NCBI GenBank assembly: GCA_963663865.1
Contig: OY760686.1
Location: forward strand, 896,001 to 960,000
Length of the DNA: 64,000 nucleotides
DNA from: Spirochaetota bacterium
GTDB lineage: Bacteria; Spirochaetota; UBA4802; UBA5550
Direction: 5' to 3'
Shown here: positions 1 to 9,221 of the stretch, piece by piece
Layout of the letters: each line of letters opens with the position of its first letter
How positions within the stretch are numbered: position 1 is the first letter of the stretch
Made by a program: the position numbers and the translations under genes
Notes under the pieces: generated by a model
Seen by the model: the letters and a program-made list of their open reading frames with translations, nothing else
What the model was told of the DNA's origin: nothing
The model's database searches: none

Positions 1-57
1 ACCGATTACGGTACAAATCTTGTGGTCAGCGATAACTACTGTCTCAGGCGTCATCAT
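1..57 (-). CDS. possible N-terminus of a gene running off the left edge (MMTPETVVIADHKICTVIG...)
   Basis: Open frame from ATG at 57 to base 1, divergent from the M23 gene across an AT-rich spacer; too short to identify. Confidence 0.25.
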   Translation of the reverse strand, partial: MMTPETVVIADHKICTVIG

Positions 58-221
58 ATAAAAAAAACATATACAATCGAATATATAAACAAAATCATTA
101 ATGATGTATTGTAAAATATAGCTTGACAATGAGAATATTTGTTTACATATAACAATATTCGGTCAAACGCTTTATCAATCCTGGCCGTTAATACTATATC
201 TACTTTCACTTTTAGGAATAA

Positions 222-908
222 ATGAAGAAAATATTAGCAGTAGCGGTTATTTGCATGTTTTCGGCGCCCCTTCTTTCTGAAAATTCTGTCAGGATAGATT
301 GTTCGGAGATTCAACGATTCAGGGGAAAGGCTGGAATCTGGGTGGATTTGAAGAGCAAATGGCATTTGAATTCCCTTCTGAAAAAGTTTGGTTCTTCTCC
401 AGATGAAGTTCACTATCTTAAGGAAAATGCGAATCGAGATCGCGGGTATGCATTTATACCGTATTCGACAGAATATTTAACTGAGCTTGTTGAAAGCGAC
501 AAATCACAGGAGATAGTTGAATCCGGTGAGTTGGAGTTTATCTGGCCAATCAGGGCCGTCGACCGTATTAGCTCGCATTTCGGGCTCAGAGGCGGGCGTC
601 TTCATACAGGGGTTGATCTGCCGGCTCCAAGAGGTGTACCGATTGTTGCCGCAATGGACGGACGAGTTGTTCAAAGCTGCTACATCGGGGGACACGGGAA
701 AACGCTTCTCATTGAGCATCGGGGGAATTATTACACGCGTTATTCTCACAACTCGGTGATGTTTGTAGGTGAAGGCGAGCTTGTCAGAAAAGGTCAGGTC
801 ATCGCCCTGGTCGGAAGTACAGGAAATTCAACAGGTAACCATCTTCACTTCGAAATAAGATATAATGATATCCCCCTCAATCCGGTAGATTTTCTACCTG
901 AGAAGTAA
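222..908 (+). CDS. M23 family metallopeptidase, exported, with a possible degenerate LysM-like segment
   Basis: Signal peptide; HTGVD and HLHFE zinc motifs; YSH; C-terminal NPVDFL typical of M23. Confidence 0.9.
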   Translation: MKKILAVAVICMFSAPLLSENSVRIDCSEIQRFRGKAGIWVDLKSKWHLNSLLKKFGSSPDEVHYLKENANRDRGYAFIPYSTEYLTELVESDKSQEIVESGELEFIWPIRAVDRISSHFGLRGGRLHTGVDLPAPRGVPIVAAMDGRVVQSCYIGGHGKTLLIEHRGNYYTRYSHNSVMFVGEGELVRKGQVIALVGSTGNSTGNHLHFEIRYNDIPLNPVDFLPEK

Positions 909-964
909 CGAAAAATAGTGTGCATTTAAATAATATATTCTGTTCGTTCGATCTGCAGGATGGA

Positions 965-1006
965 TATTAAAAAAACCGACATATAAACATGTCGGTTTTT
1001 TTAATA
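965..1006. terminator. bidirectional intrinsic terminator
   Basis: 18-bp perfect inverted repeat TATTAAAAAAACCGACAT-ataaac-ATGTCGGTTTTTTTAATA with A/T tracts, between convergent genes. Confidence 0.9.
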
Positions 1007-1029
1007 ATTACGTTTTAATTAAAGGAAAT

Positions 1030-1911
1030 CTAATTTGAATTCCCCCTCGTTCTGTATATATCTTGAATCATGTCGCTGATATCGTCCTTCTTGGGGAATG
1101 TTTTTTTAATGTTTTCACTCTCTTCCGGCGTCCCATAATAGGCCTCATGCGCCAGTTTTCCAATAAGTCCTTCAATGTCCTTCTGTTTGTTGTTGTAAAT
1201 AAAAATTATGTTCGGGCCTGATTTGTAACCCCAGTGAAATCCGTCTGGAATGGTAACAGTGAAGGTCTCCGTTATTCCGTCTCCGTCGGCATCTTCGGCG
1301 GAATATATCTTTTCATCGATGGTTTTACCTGTCACTGTTGTGCTGTACTTGGTTGGGCCTGTATCATATAGCCTCTTCGGAAGGGGCTTCCTTTCTACAA
1401 ACAGCCCTGAATCCCTGCGATCAATCATGAGGGATTTGAATATATCCACATGTTTCTTAATGAAACTGGATCTTATTTCTGTGTAAAAAGTCCCAAAGTT
1501 TTGATCTACAAACTCCTGGCTGACATTCCTCATGAGTTCGACACGCCTGTCAGTAATTTGCACGTAGTCGGGTTTCGAGTCGATCTTGTTGACCCATAGG
1601 TCAGAGATAAGCCTGTTTTCCATTTCGATAATGAGCCGCTGTGTCTTTATCTCTTCAGTGTTGTCATATCCATCCTTGAAGAGATACATTTTTCTGTCCT
1701 TTATGATAAGCAGGCAGGATAGCGAATTATCATAAGCGTATGAGATGTCCTTTTCAATATGCTGATACACCAGTCGGTCTTCAGAATACCTTGAAATACT
1801 TTCGATGTCAAGTACCCTGAAAGGTATATCGCTGGATTCAACTCTTTCGAACTGAAATAATACCACGGCAGCAAGTGCAAGAACTAGCGACATGCTGTGT
1901 TTTCGAACCAT
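1030..1911 (-). CDS. exported hypothetical protein with a DxDGDG Ca-binding-like motif
   Basis: 293 aa; GGAGG SD; N-terminal hydrophobic signal; EDADGDGITE motif. Confidence 0.8.
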   Translation of the reverse strand: MVRKHSMSLVLALAAVVLFQFERVESSDIPFRVLDIESISRYSEDRLVYQHIEKDISYAYDNSLSCLLIIKDRKMYLFKDGYDNTEEIKTQRLIIEMENRLISDLWVNKIDSKPDYVQITDRRVELMRNVSQEFVDQNFGTFYTEIRSSFIKKHVDIFKSLMIDRRDSGLFVERKPLPKRLYDTGPTKYSTTVTGKTIDEKIYSAEDADGDGITETFTVTIPDGFHWGYKSGPNIIFIYNNKQKDIEGLIGKLAHEAYYGTPEESENIKKTFPKKDDISDMIQDIYRTRGNSN

Positions 1912-2021
1912 TTTATTCCTCCCTGATGCAGCTCTTGAAATCCGTTTATGGGTGCGAGGCGTGCAAAAGCCCGCCTATTCACTGTAATACTCGCATATAA
2001 ATAGACATTTTGTCAAATGTT

Positions 2022-3293
2022 TTATTCGGGTTCGATCCATTTTGAAGGATCATCCTTCCTTCTTTGTTTTTTCCATCGGGCCTTATCGGTTTTTGTCCAG
2101 CTTTCAACAACATGGTGGGCGATGTCGGATTCAATGCTGCGGCTGATTTTTTTGCGAACAGGTTTAGCTTTCTGGTGTTTGAGCTTTGATGTGAGTTCGC
2201 TTTGTGCTTTGGCAGTAAGCTTGCTCTCGCTGTGAATAAACTCTGAAATTGTAAAGGGAAGTTTTGCTGATTGAGCAATTGAATCCGCCGCGGCTGAAAC
2301 TGTTTTTTTGTTAACCAGCTTTTCCAGAAAATTCTCAGGAATGGGGGATGGGCATTTAAGAGCGGTCAGGTATGCTGCGGTTATTGATGCCGCTGCTGAT
2401 GAGGAGCCCCCCTGGGCCGCCGCATTTACAACTGTCTGACCTGCTGTGCCTTCCGGCATGCGGGTTCCCATTGACGTTAGAAACAGTGAAAGCGGTATCA
2501 AAGTCAGAGGATGGTTTATTGAAGGCCTTTTTACTGGTGTTTTTAAATGTAGATTCGCGGTTTTACAGATTATATCTTCAGCTTCCTTTAAAGTCACTGC
2601 CTGTAAGGAGTTCTTAATGATTGTCTGGTAAATCATAAGTATTTTTTCAAGTTGATCCGGATTTAGACCTTCATTAAAAACAATATGTGGTGATGTTTTT
2701 ATGAAATCAGCGAAATATGATGTCATGGCCATAGATGCTTCGGAAATGCTTAAGATCCCGTGTTCTGTATTGTTGATGAGTGATGATACTGTCAGGACAT
2801 GGAGTCCTGCACCGGCAATGGTGTAAAGGTCTTCAGTGTAATGGCGCGCGAAGCTTATTGCGCTCATCAGGACTTCCTTCAAGTCGGGGCTGTTTCCAGC
2901 CAGAGGCGTCAGAAGCGCGCATACCCTTGCGGAAGGCTGAGTTGAAGGAGCATCCCCGCCTGAAGCGGCAAAGCTTCTTTCAGTGGGATCAGTGTTTCTG
3001 AGAAATTCCGGGCTGCTTTCCGGTGATGAAAAAAGCTGTTTGAGTGCATGAAGCTGTATCCGCCCCCGTGTTGAACTTAGTATTAGAAGAAGCGCAGTCT
3101 GTGTGATTGAGGTGTAAAGTCCAGGCTTGCGCCATCGGCTGAAATCACGAGTGAGCAGTTTCGAAGGATCCGGGTAATCTGTAAAATCCTTGATATTGGC
3201 TTCAATGTGGGCCCTGGTAAACCCTTCAAAGCTTGAACCAAGTGCGTCGGCTGCTGCCATGGAGAGAATAATTTCAGACAGATTTGAGTTCAT
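2022..3293 (-). CDS. ADP-ribosylglycohydrolase-fold protein, catalytically degenerate
   Basis: N-terminal ADALG (canonical GDALG), YTSIT in place of YTDDT, GGSSSAAASITAA in place of GGDTDTxAAxxGA; basic C-terminal tail. Confidence 0.7.
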   Translation of the reverse strand: MNSNLSEIILSMAAADALGSSFEGFTRAHIEANIKDFTDYPDPSKLLTRDFSRWRKPGLYTSITQTALLLILSSTRGRIQLHALKQLFSSPESSPEFLRNTDPTERSFAASGGDAPSTQPSARVCALLTPLAGNSPDLKEVLMSAISFARHYTEDLYTIAGAGLHVLTVSSLINNTEHGILSISEASMAMTSYFADFIKTSPHIVFNEGLNPDQLEKILMIYQTIIKNSLQAVTLKEAEDIICKTANLHLKTPVKRPSINHPLTLIPLSLFLTSMGTRMPEGTAGQTVVNAAAQGGSSSAAASITAAYLTALKCPSPIPENFLEKLVNKKTVSAAADSIAQSAKLPFTISEFIHSESKLTAKAQSELTSKLKHQKAKPVRKKISRSIESDIAHHVVESWTKTDKARWKKQRRKDDPSKWIEPE

Positions 3294-3329
3294 GTAACCT
3301 CTAAGCTATGAAGCATTGGGTAGTAATAA

Positions 3330-3356
3330 AATTCAAGCAACGATATTGCTTGAATT
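3330..3356. promoter_or_regulatory. 11-bp perfect inverted repeat (putative operator) in a divergent promoter region
   Basis: AATTCAAGCAA-cgata-TTGCTTGAATT between divergent starts at 3293 and 3507. Confidence 0.45.
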
Positions 3357-3506
3357 ACTCGCAGTGATGAAAAAATCAACTCAATTATAAACTCTCAGTC
3401 GGAATAAGGGTGTAATATCTCAAAAAATCAAAAAAAAGAAGAAAAGAATTGAATCTTAATAAGCTAACTGATTATTATTTAGTAAGATATTTTTCTGGAG
3501 ACAGAT

Positions 3507-4595
3507 ATGAAAAAAACAGCAGTTACCTGTGTATTGATGATTATGCTTCCAATATCCGGCTGCAGACAGCAAAAGTCTGACGATTATGCCTTGATTTCTT
3601 TCCTGATGGGGGAGGTGACGGTTAACGGACAGCCTGCCGAAATTGGCGGGATTCTCAAGCAGTCAGACCGTATTCATACCGGGGATAAGTCGTTTTGCGA
3701 TATTTCGATAGGAGAATCTATAATTCGAATTCAGCAGAATTCAGATACAGTGCTTGAGTCTATTTTCAAAGACTCTATGAGGGAAGATACAATTCTCAGT
3801 GTAACCACAGGGAAGGTGCTGTGCCGTCCAAAGAAATTGTTAAAGGCAGACAGATTTGTGGTTAAGACACCTACGGCTATTGCGGGAGTAAGAGGCACTG
3901 ATTTTTCAGTTGAGCTTGATAAAAAAATGACCACAAGGGTGACGGTATACAGCGGAGAAGTTAAGCTGGCGAAAAGGGTCAGGCAGTTTGAAAGGAGTCT
4001 CGACAGAGTTATAGATGTTTCAAGGCCTATATCAAAAGAACAGAAGGCCGTTATAACAGCTGATGACGTTAAAAAAGCTGAAACTGAAATAGACGTTCTT
4101 GTCAAAAAGGAGATAAGCGAAATATCAGACGCAAACCTGGCGGGCATCATCGGTGAATCGGCAAATACTATTTCAGTCAGCGACAAAAAGATCAACAGAT
4201 TTACAGTTGAGGATTTTGGACGCGAGAAAATTGAAATAGAAGAGGTCCGTAAAAAGCCTGCCGCCGTTGTAAGGCACATTGTTAAAATGATAGAACAGGA
4301 AAAGGAGAAGCCCCAGCCCGAAGGCAGAATTCTTGTAACAAAATACGATATATATTTCATAAAGGACGGGCGTGTCGCAGCAGAAGCCAAACCGCTGTCT
4401 GAACCGGTGCGCAGCGGCGAGCGGCTATATACTGCCGGTGACGGAAAGCTCTACTGTTTCGACGAAAAGGGAATTGTCTACTGGAGCAAGAGTGTACCCG
4501 GGATTAGGGGGCTCAATGCCGATCAGACCGGGATCAGAGTCGAAACTGACAGAGAAGAAATTCGATACGAGGCTGAAACAGGAGAAAAACTTTAA
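3507..4595 (+). CDS. FecR-domain lipoprotein (LipL45-like)
   Basis: Lipobox ISG-C; FecR signature FVVKTPTAIAGVRGTDF; short PQQ-propeller-like C-terminus (DGKLYCFD..G.VYW). Confidence 0.8.
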   Translation: MKKTAVTCVLMIMLPISGCRQQKSDDYALISFLMGEVTVNGQPAEIGGILKQSDRIHTGDKSFCDISIGESIIRIQQNSDTVLESIFKDSMREDTILSVTTGKVLCRPKKLLKADRFVVKTPTAIAGVRGTDFSVELDKKMTTRVTVYSGEVKLAKRVRQFERSLDRVIDVSRPISKEQKAVITADDVKKAETEIDVLVKKEISEISDANLAGIIGESANTISVSDKKINRFTVEDFGREKIEIEEVRKKPAAVVRHIVKMIEQEKEKPQPEGRILVTKYDIYFIKDGRVAAEAKPLSEPVRSGERLYTAGDGKLYCFDEKGIVYWSKSVPGIRGLNADQTGIRVETDREEIRYEAETGEKL

Positions 4596-4730
4596 GATAG
4601 AGCTGGCAGAACGCCCGGTGTTAATGGCCTGAGGCCTGCTCGTTAATTTTAAAGGTGTATAATAATTAATTCTTGTAGAGGTGAAGGTATTTATTTTACT
4701 GGATATCCAGATTAAATAAGGAGAATCAGG

Positions 4731-5471
4731 ATGAAAAATATAAATCGCTTATTAGTCTCTCTATGCTTATTCTCTGTTCTTTCAGCCGGCTATGTCCTGG
4801 CGGATGCTCCAGGCGCTACTCAGGCTAATGTACTGAGGGGATACTACATTCCAAAAATACAGATCACTCCGGGTGATCTCAAAAAGATGCCGGTTCCTGC
4901 GACCAATGAGGATTATGCGTTTTATCAGAGCATAGCATCAACATCCAGTGTGGTTATAGGGCGTTTCAGTGCAGGTGAGAGGGTTATTACCCTTGTCCAG
5001 GACGCTAACGCCGATGGAACGGTTGATACATATGTTGACTACTATGTAGAAAGTGCTAAATTCAGCTATTCTTCAAGTCCCGCCAAAAAGGTAACTCCTG
5101 AAAGATTCAAAGAGATGAAGGTGCAGATAATTACCGGGGATAACAGCTCCCTTAGTCCAAACCGCGAAGGGGCTACATACATGTTGGGTCTTAAAAGCGA
5201 TATGAAGAGGATAAGGCCGTGGAGGAACGGTATAAGGATTTACCAGCTCAATCCTGATGACACGAATGATGTCATGCTTGACTTTTATGCAGCGAAGGAC
5301 ATGTACGGGGCTGATATGGTCTTTGAGGTGAAATACAGGCTTTCTGGAACTGTCAGAATAATGCCGGTTATTACCCATTCAGTCTATTGCCGAAACAGCA
5401 AGGACCCGGTCGCACTTGAGTACGCAACAAAGATGATATCTGAAACAGGTAAACAGGCTGGACTCCGCTGA
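4731..5471 (+). CDS. exported hypothetical protein with a DxNxDG motif
   Basis: 246 aa; signal peptide (VLA-D); QDANADGTVD. Confidence 0.8.
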   Translation: MKNINRLLVSLCLFSVLSAGYVLADAPGATQANVLRGYYIPKIQITPGDLKKMPVPATNEDYAFYQSIASTSSVVIGRFSAGERVITLVQDANADGTVDTYVDYYVESAKFSYSSSPAKKVTPERFKEMKVQIITGDNSSLSPNREGATYMLGLKSDMKRIRPWRNGIRIYQLNPDDTNDVMLDFYAAKDMYGADMVFEVKYRLSGTVRIMPVITHSVYCRNSKDPVALEYATKMISETGKQAGLR

Positions 5472-5491
5472 TCCAGTTTCTCCGGGAGCAA

Positions 5492-6604
5492 TCATGATTT
5501 ACGGGGAGCTAATTCAATCAGAGCAAGGGTCAGCTCCGTTCCTTTGATCAGGTCATGTATCTCGATGAACTCTTCAGTAGTATGAACTTTCATCATTCCG
5601 CATGAAAAGTTAAGCGCTTTTAGGCCCCTGCTGTTGAAGATGTTTGTATCGCTTCCTCCGCCCGAAGAATCGTACTCAGGTCTTATGCCGATTGATTCTA
5701 AAGCCTGGCCCGCGATTTTTGCTATTTCATCCTCTTTGTGGATTTTATAGCCGGGGTATTCCAGGTTTTCAATTATTTCGGCTGCGGCTCCTCTTTTTCT
5801 TACCTCTCTGTCGATGGTTTTCTTTATTTTGGATATCAACCGTTTTATCTTTATTTCGCTGATTGACCTGATTTCTATTTTGCAGCTTGCCAGATTGGGA
5901 ACAATGTTAGTGGCTGTTCCCCCTGATATCAACCCAGTGTTGACGGTAGTTTCGTTGTCAATCCTGCCCTGTGGAAGCATGGCTATAGCTGATGCAAGCG
6001 CTGTAATCGAATTGACTCCGTTTTCCGGCTCCATGCCGGCATGAGCCGACTTTCCGTGGACAGTAACTGCAAGAGTTCCATGATAGGGGGCCCGGAGAAT
6101 AATCTTCCCCACCGGTCCGCCGCTGTCAAAGACAAAGGCGTATTTGGACTTTAGCAGCGACATGTCAAAGAGCTTGATCCCCTGTAGGCCAACCTCTTCC
6201 GCACAGGAAAAAAGAAGTTCGATTGGACCATGTTCGATATTCTTTTCTTTAAGCACTGTAACTGCTTCCAGAAACATCGCAATGGCAGCCTTGTCGTCGC
6301 TTCCCAGCACTGAAGTGCCGTCGGAAGTAATCCGGTTCGCACTTCTTATCGGTGTGATTTTACTGCATGGAACCACTGTGTCCATGTGCGAAGAAAAAAG
6401 AACTGTTTTTATATCAGGATTTCCGGGGATTTCAGCGTAAATGCTGAATGAATTGCCGCATTTTATCCGCCCTGGCTTAATGCCGTTTTTTTTCAGCCTT
6501 TTCTCAATGTAGGCTGCGGCTTTTTTTTCCTGCCAGGAGGGCGATGATATTGACGCTATCTCTGTAAATGTTTTAATGAGGCGTTGTGTGTTGATTTCGT
6601 ACAT
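5492..6604 (-). CDS. M20 family metallopeptidase (peptidase T-like, YqjE type)
   Basis: SHMDTV, LGSDDKA, AEEVGL, GKSAHAG, GGGSD and VHTTEE motifs. Confidence 0.9.
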   Translation of the reverse strand: MYEINTQRLIKTFTEIASISSPSWQEKKAAAYIEKRLKKNGIKPGRIKCGNSFSIYAEIPGNPDIKTVLFSSHMDTVVPCSKITPIRSANRITSDGTSVLGSDDKAAIAMFLEAVTVLKEKNIEHGPIELLFSCAEEVGLQGIKLFDMSLLKSKYAFVFDSGGPVGKIILRAPYHGTLAVTVHGKSAHAGMEPENGVNSITALASAIAMLPQGRIDNETTVNTGLISGGTATNIVPNLASCKIEIRSISEIKIKRLISKIKKTIDREVRKRGAAAEIIENLEYPGYKIHKEDEIAKIAGQALESIGIRPEYDSSGGGSDTNIFNSRGLKALNFSCGMMKVHTTEEFIEIHDLIKGTELTLALIELAPRKS

Positions 6605-6615
6605 GGCTATGCACC

Positions 6616-7137
6616 TCAGAATGAATATATTATCTTTCCGGCGATATTGTCATCGCTGACAGGGCCAATTTCTCTGCTATCGTAGCTTGCGTTTCTGTTG
6701 TCTCCGACTATAAAATACTGTCTGCTTTCGAGTTTTACCACTGGCAAGTTGTCTCTTCCCGAAATGCTCATTGGGATCGGGGTATTCGTATCAGTGCTGT
6801 CTGATGAGGTGTAGGACGATGGTTTTCCATTGTTAAGGATTACGCCGTCTCTGATTTCTACAGTGTCACCCGGGGTACCAATAATCCTCCCAAACAGGAC
6901 ATGTCCCGGCTGAAGGGGGTTCTCGAACATGACTGCTTCCCCCCTGGCGGGAGTAATGTGTTTCAATACAATCACGGATGAGCCCTTTTTAAGGCCGGGA
7001 TGCATTGAACTGTTGTGTAGAACCGCGGGAGTAATGAAGATTCTGGAGATAATTATACCTGCTATGATACCGGCAGCCAGAACAACAAAACGCGCTAAAG
7101 GATAGGCCGCTTCATTATTTTTCTTTCTATTTTTCAT
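6616..7137 (-). CDS. lepB: signal peptidase I (S26) homologue; catalytic Lys apparently replaced by Gly
   Basis: N-terminal TM; SSMHPGL (Ser box); FGRIIGTPGD in place of KRVIGxPGD; GDNRNASYDSR box E. Confidence 0.75.
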   Translation of the reverse strand: MKNRKKNNEAAYPLARFVVLAAGIIAGIIISRIFITPAVLHNSSMHPGLKKGSSVIVLKHITPARGEAVMFENPLQPGHVLFGRIIGTPGDTVEIRDGVILNNGKPSSYTSSDSTDTNTPIPMSISGRDNLPVVKLESRQYFIVGDNRNASYDSREIGPVSDDNIAGKIIYSF

Positions 7138-8023
7138 GTTTTACCTGATATGGTGTCTGTGTTCCGCTGAGATTTAAAGCCTGCATTATTTTGATTACTG
7201 GACCGGATTTGTTAAGAGTGTATAGATGAAGTCCGGGCACTCCCCAGTTCATAAGCTCTCTGCATTGATTGATCGAAAACTCAAGTCCGTCAGTACAGAA
7301 TGATTTATCTTCACCGCAGGAAACAAGTATTTTCGATAATGCGGCCGGCACTGCGGAGTTGCTGAGGCTGACTGATTTTCTTACCTGCTGAGCGCTTGTT
7401 ACGGGCATTATCCCCGGGATTATTGGCACATGAACTCCGGCTTTAACCGCGGCGTCCATGAAATCATAGAACCTGTTGTTGTCATAGAAGAGCTGGGTAA
7501 TCAGTATTTTTGCGCCGGAATCAACTTTTCTTTTAAGGTTTTCGATGTCTGATGTCAGGCTTGAAGCCTCTATGTGGCCCTCAGGATAGGCTGCGGCGGC
7601 GATAGTAAAATCATCGATAGATCTGATGTACCGGATGAGCTCGTCCGCGTGCGAAAAGCCGTTCGGATGCGTTGTAAACGAGGTTTCGCCTTTCGGCGGG
7701 TCACCGCGGAGCGCAAGAATACTTGAGATTCCGGCGATCCTGACCTTGTTGATGTAATCGTATATCTCATCCTTTCCGGTGCCAACGCATGTAAAATGCA
7801 GCAGCGGTTGAATTTTGTAGGTGTCCCGGATTCTGAGGGCAATATCTACAGTCTTGTCTCTTGTGGAACCTCCAGCTCCGTAGGTAACAGAAACGAAGTC
7901 AGGTTTGTATTCGGCAAGTAGTTTTATTTCATTCCAGAGGTTCTTTTCGCCTTCGGGTGTCCGCGGAGGGAATATCTCAAAGGAAATTACAAACTTGGTT
8001 TCATAGAGGCTGTCGATTCGCAT
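7127..8023 (-). CDS. metF: 5,10-methylenetetrahydrofolate reductase
   Basis: SFEIFPP, SVTYGAGG, ALRGDPP, AAYPEGH, ITQLFYD and HLYTLN motifs. Confidence 0.95.
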   Translation of the reverse strand: MRIDSLYETKFVISFEIFPPRTPEGEKNLWNEIKLLAEYKPDFVSVTYGAGGSTRDKTVDIALRIRDTYKIQPLLHFTCVGTGKDEIYDYINKVRIAGISSILALRGDPPKGETSFTTHPNGFSHADELIRYIRSIDDFTIAAAAYPEGHIEASSLTSDIENLKRKVDSGAKILITQLFYDNNRFYDFMDAAVKAGVHVPIIPGIMPVTSAQQVRKSVSLSNSAVPAALSKILVSCGEDKSFCTDGLEFSINQCRELMNWGVPGLHLYTLNKSGPVIKIMQALNLSGTQTPYQVKHEK

Positions 8024-8229
8024 TGTCTCTCCATTAGATGTTTTTGTCCTAGCCGTTTCCTCTGAGCAGCCGGGGCCGGGTGGATTTTAAAAGGTCACCT
8101 ATCCCCCGTTACGGGATATTTTGCAAATAGATTTTTCATATCAGTCGTCGCCTTTGCATAAGTTCCGCTTCCCGGAATGAAAAATGCACAAAACTACGTC
8201 TACATGCAATTACATGCTGTATTAATTTC

Positions 8230-8256
8230 TTGACATCAGGGTGTACATATTATAAT
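8230..8256 (+). promoter_or_regulatory. sigma70-like promoter for the flaA operon
   Basis: TTGACA (8230-8235) and TATAAT (8251-8256), but the spacer is only 15 bp. Confidence 0.45.
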
Positions 8257-8410
8257 AATAAAAATAAGAAAGGCCGGCGTTTTAGTACTAAATTTTACTT
8301 TCCGCCGATCCGACAATGTACTACAGTTGGAATTGGGTGCAGGTTTTTCTTTTCTTGCGCACACGGACGATTCGAGAGGGGAAAATCATATTTTTTTAAG
8401 GAGTTATCTA

Positions 8411-9184
8411 ATGGAAAGGATGGCGAAAGCAGCTTCATTATCGATTCTCTTGGGATTAGCGGTCCTCTTTGTCGGTAATGGCGGCGTTCTTTTAAATGCC
8501 CAACAGGCAGACCCGGCGGCAGGAACCCAGCAGCAGGAGAAGAAAAAGCAGGATGGCCTTGTAGTTGACTGGCTCGATGATTTTGAAGCCTGTGAAGACT
8601 GGAGGGCGGATTCGACTTCTCCTCTCGGTGATACCAAAATCAGGAAGATTCCCGGAAAGCCCAGGCCTGTAAATCAGGAAGGTGAGGCCGTTAACGAAGA
8701 TGGACAGACTGGAGAATTCAAGGATGAAATCACCGACGAAAACGGCATAGCCAGGAAGAATCAGTATGTACTTGGAGTTAAGACATATTTTATAGACAGA
8801 GGCTTTGACAGGGTGGAAGTTTTCCCGCCTAATGAATATATAATTCGAGGCAAAGCCCGTGAAATAAAGGTGTGGGCCCTTGGGCGGAAGTTCAGACACA
8901 CCCTTTTTGTCAAACTTAGGGATTACCGGGGACGCATCCACAAACTCAAAGTGGGCAAGCTTGATTTCTGGGGATGGAAAGAGCTTTCAGTGATCGTGCC
9001 TGGATGGCTGCCTCAGTCGGCAAGTTACGCGATACTTGACAAGAATCTTCACTTTGTTTCCTTTTACGTTGAAAGTGACAGGTTTGAGGTTCCGGGTACA
9101 TTCTACTTTTATCTGGACCAGTTTAGAGTCGTTACAGACCTGTCTGAGTTTACCGGAGACGAGTCTATTAAGGATACATGGTAA
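8411..9184 (+). CDS. flaA: flagellar filament sheath protein FlaA (first paralogue)
   Basis: ATG 8411 after AAGGAG; signal peptide; LDDFE, VLGVK, IKVWALGR, LRDYRG, LDFWGWKEL and YLDQ FlaA motifs. Confidence 0.9.
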   Translation: MERMAKAASLSILLGLAVLFVGNGGVLLNAQQADPAAGTQQQEKKKQDGLVVDWLDDFEACEDWRADSTSPLGDTKIRKIPGKPRPVNQEGEAVNEDGQTGEFKDEITDENGIARKNQYVLGVKTYFIDRGFDRVEVFPPNEYIIRGKAREIKVWALGRKFRHTLFVKLRDYRGRIHKLKVGKLDFWGWKELSVIVPGWLPQSASYAILDKNLHFVSFYVESDRFEVPGTFYFYLDQFRVVTDLSEFTGDESIKDTW

Positions 9185-9221
9185 GATCTGATTCAATGAC
9201 GATTAAGAAGGGAGGCTTTTA

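Noticed and set aside
3731-4390. Long antisense ORFs (also 37581-38144, 44399-44938, 60457-60990)
   Set aside because: Shadow frames opposite well-supported genes; no motifs
8024-8120. GC-rich hairpins in the metF leader as a SAM, SAH or THF riboswitch
   Set aside because: Hairpins exist (e.g. UAUCCC/GGGAUA), but I could not find SAM-I, SAM-II, SAH or THF core motifs; needs an Rfam scan
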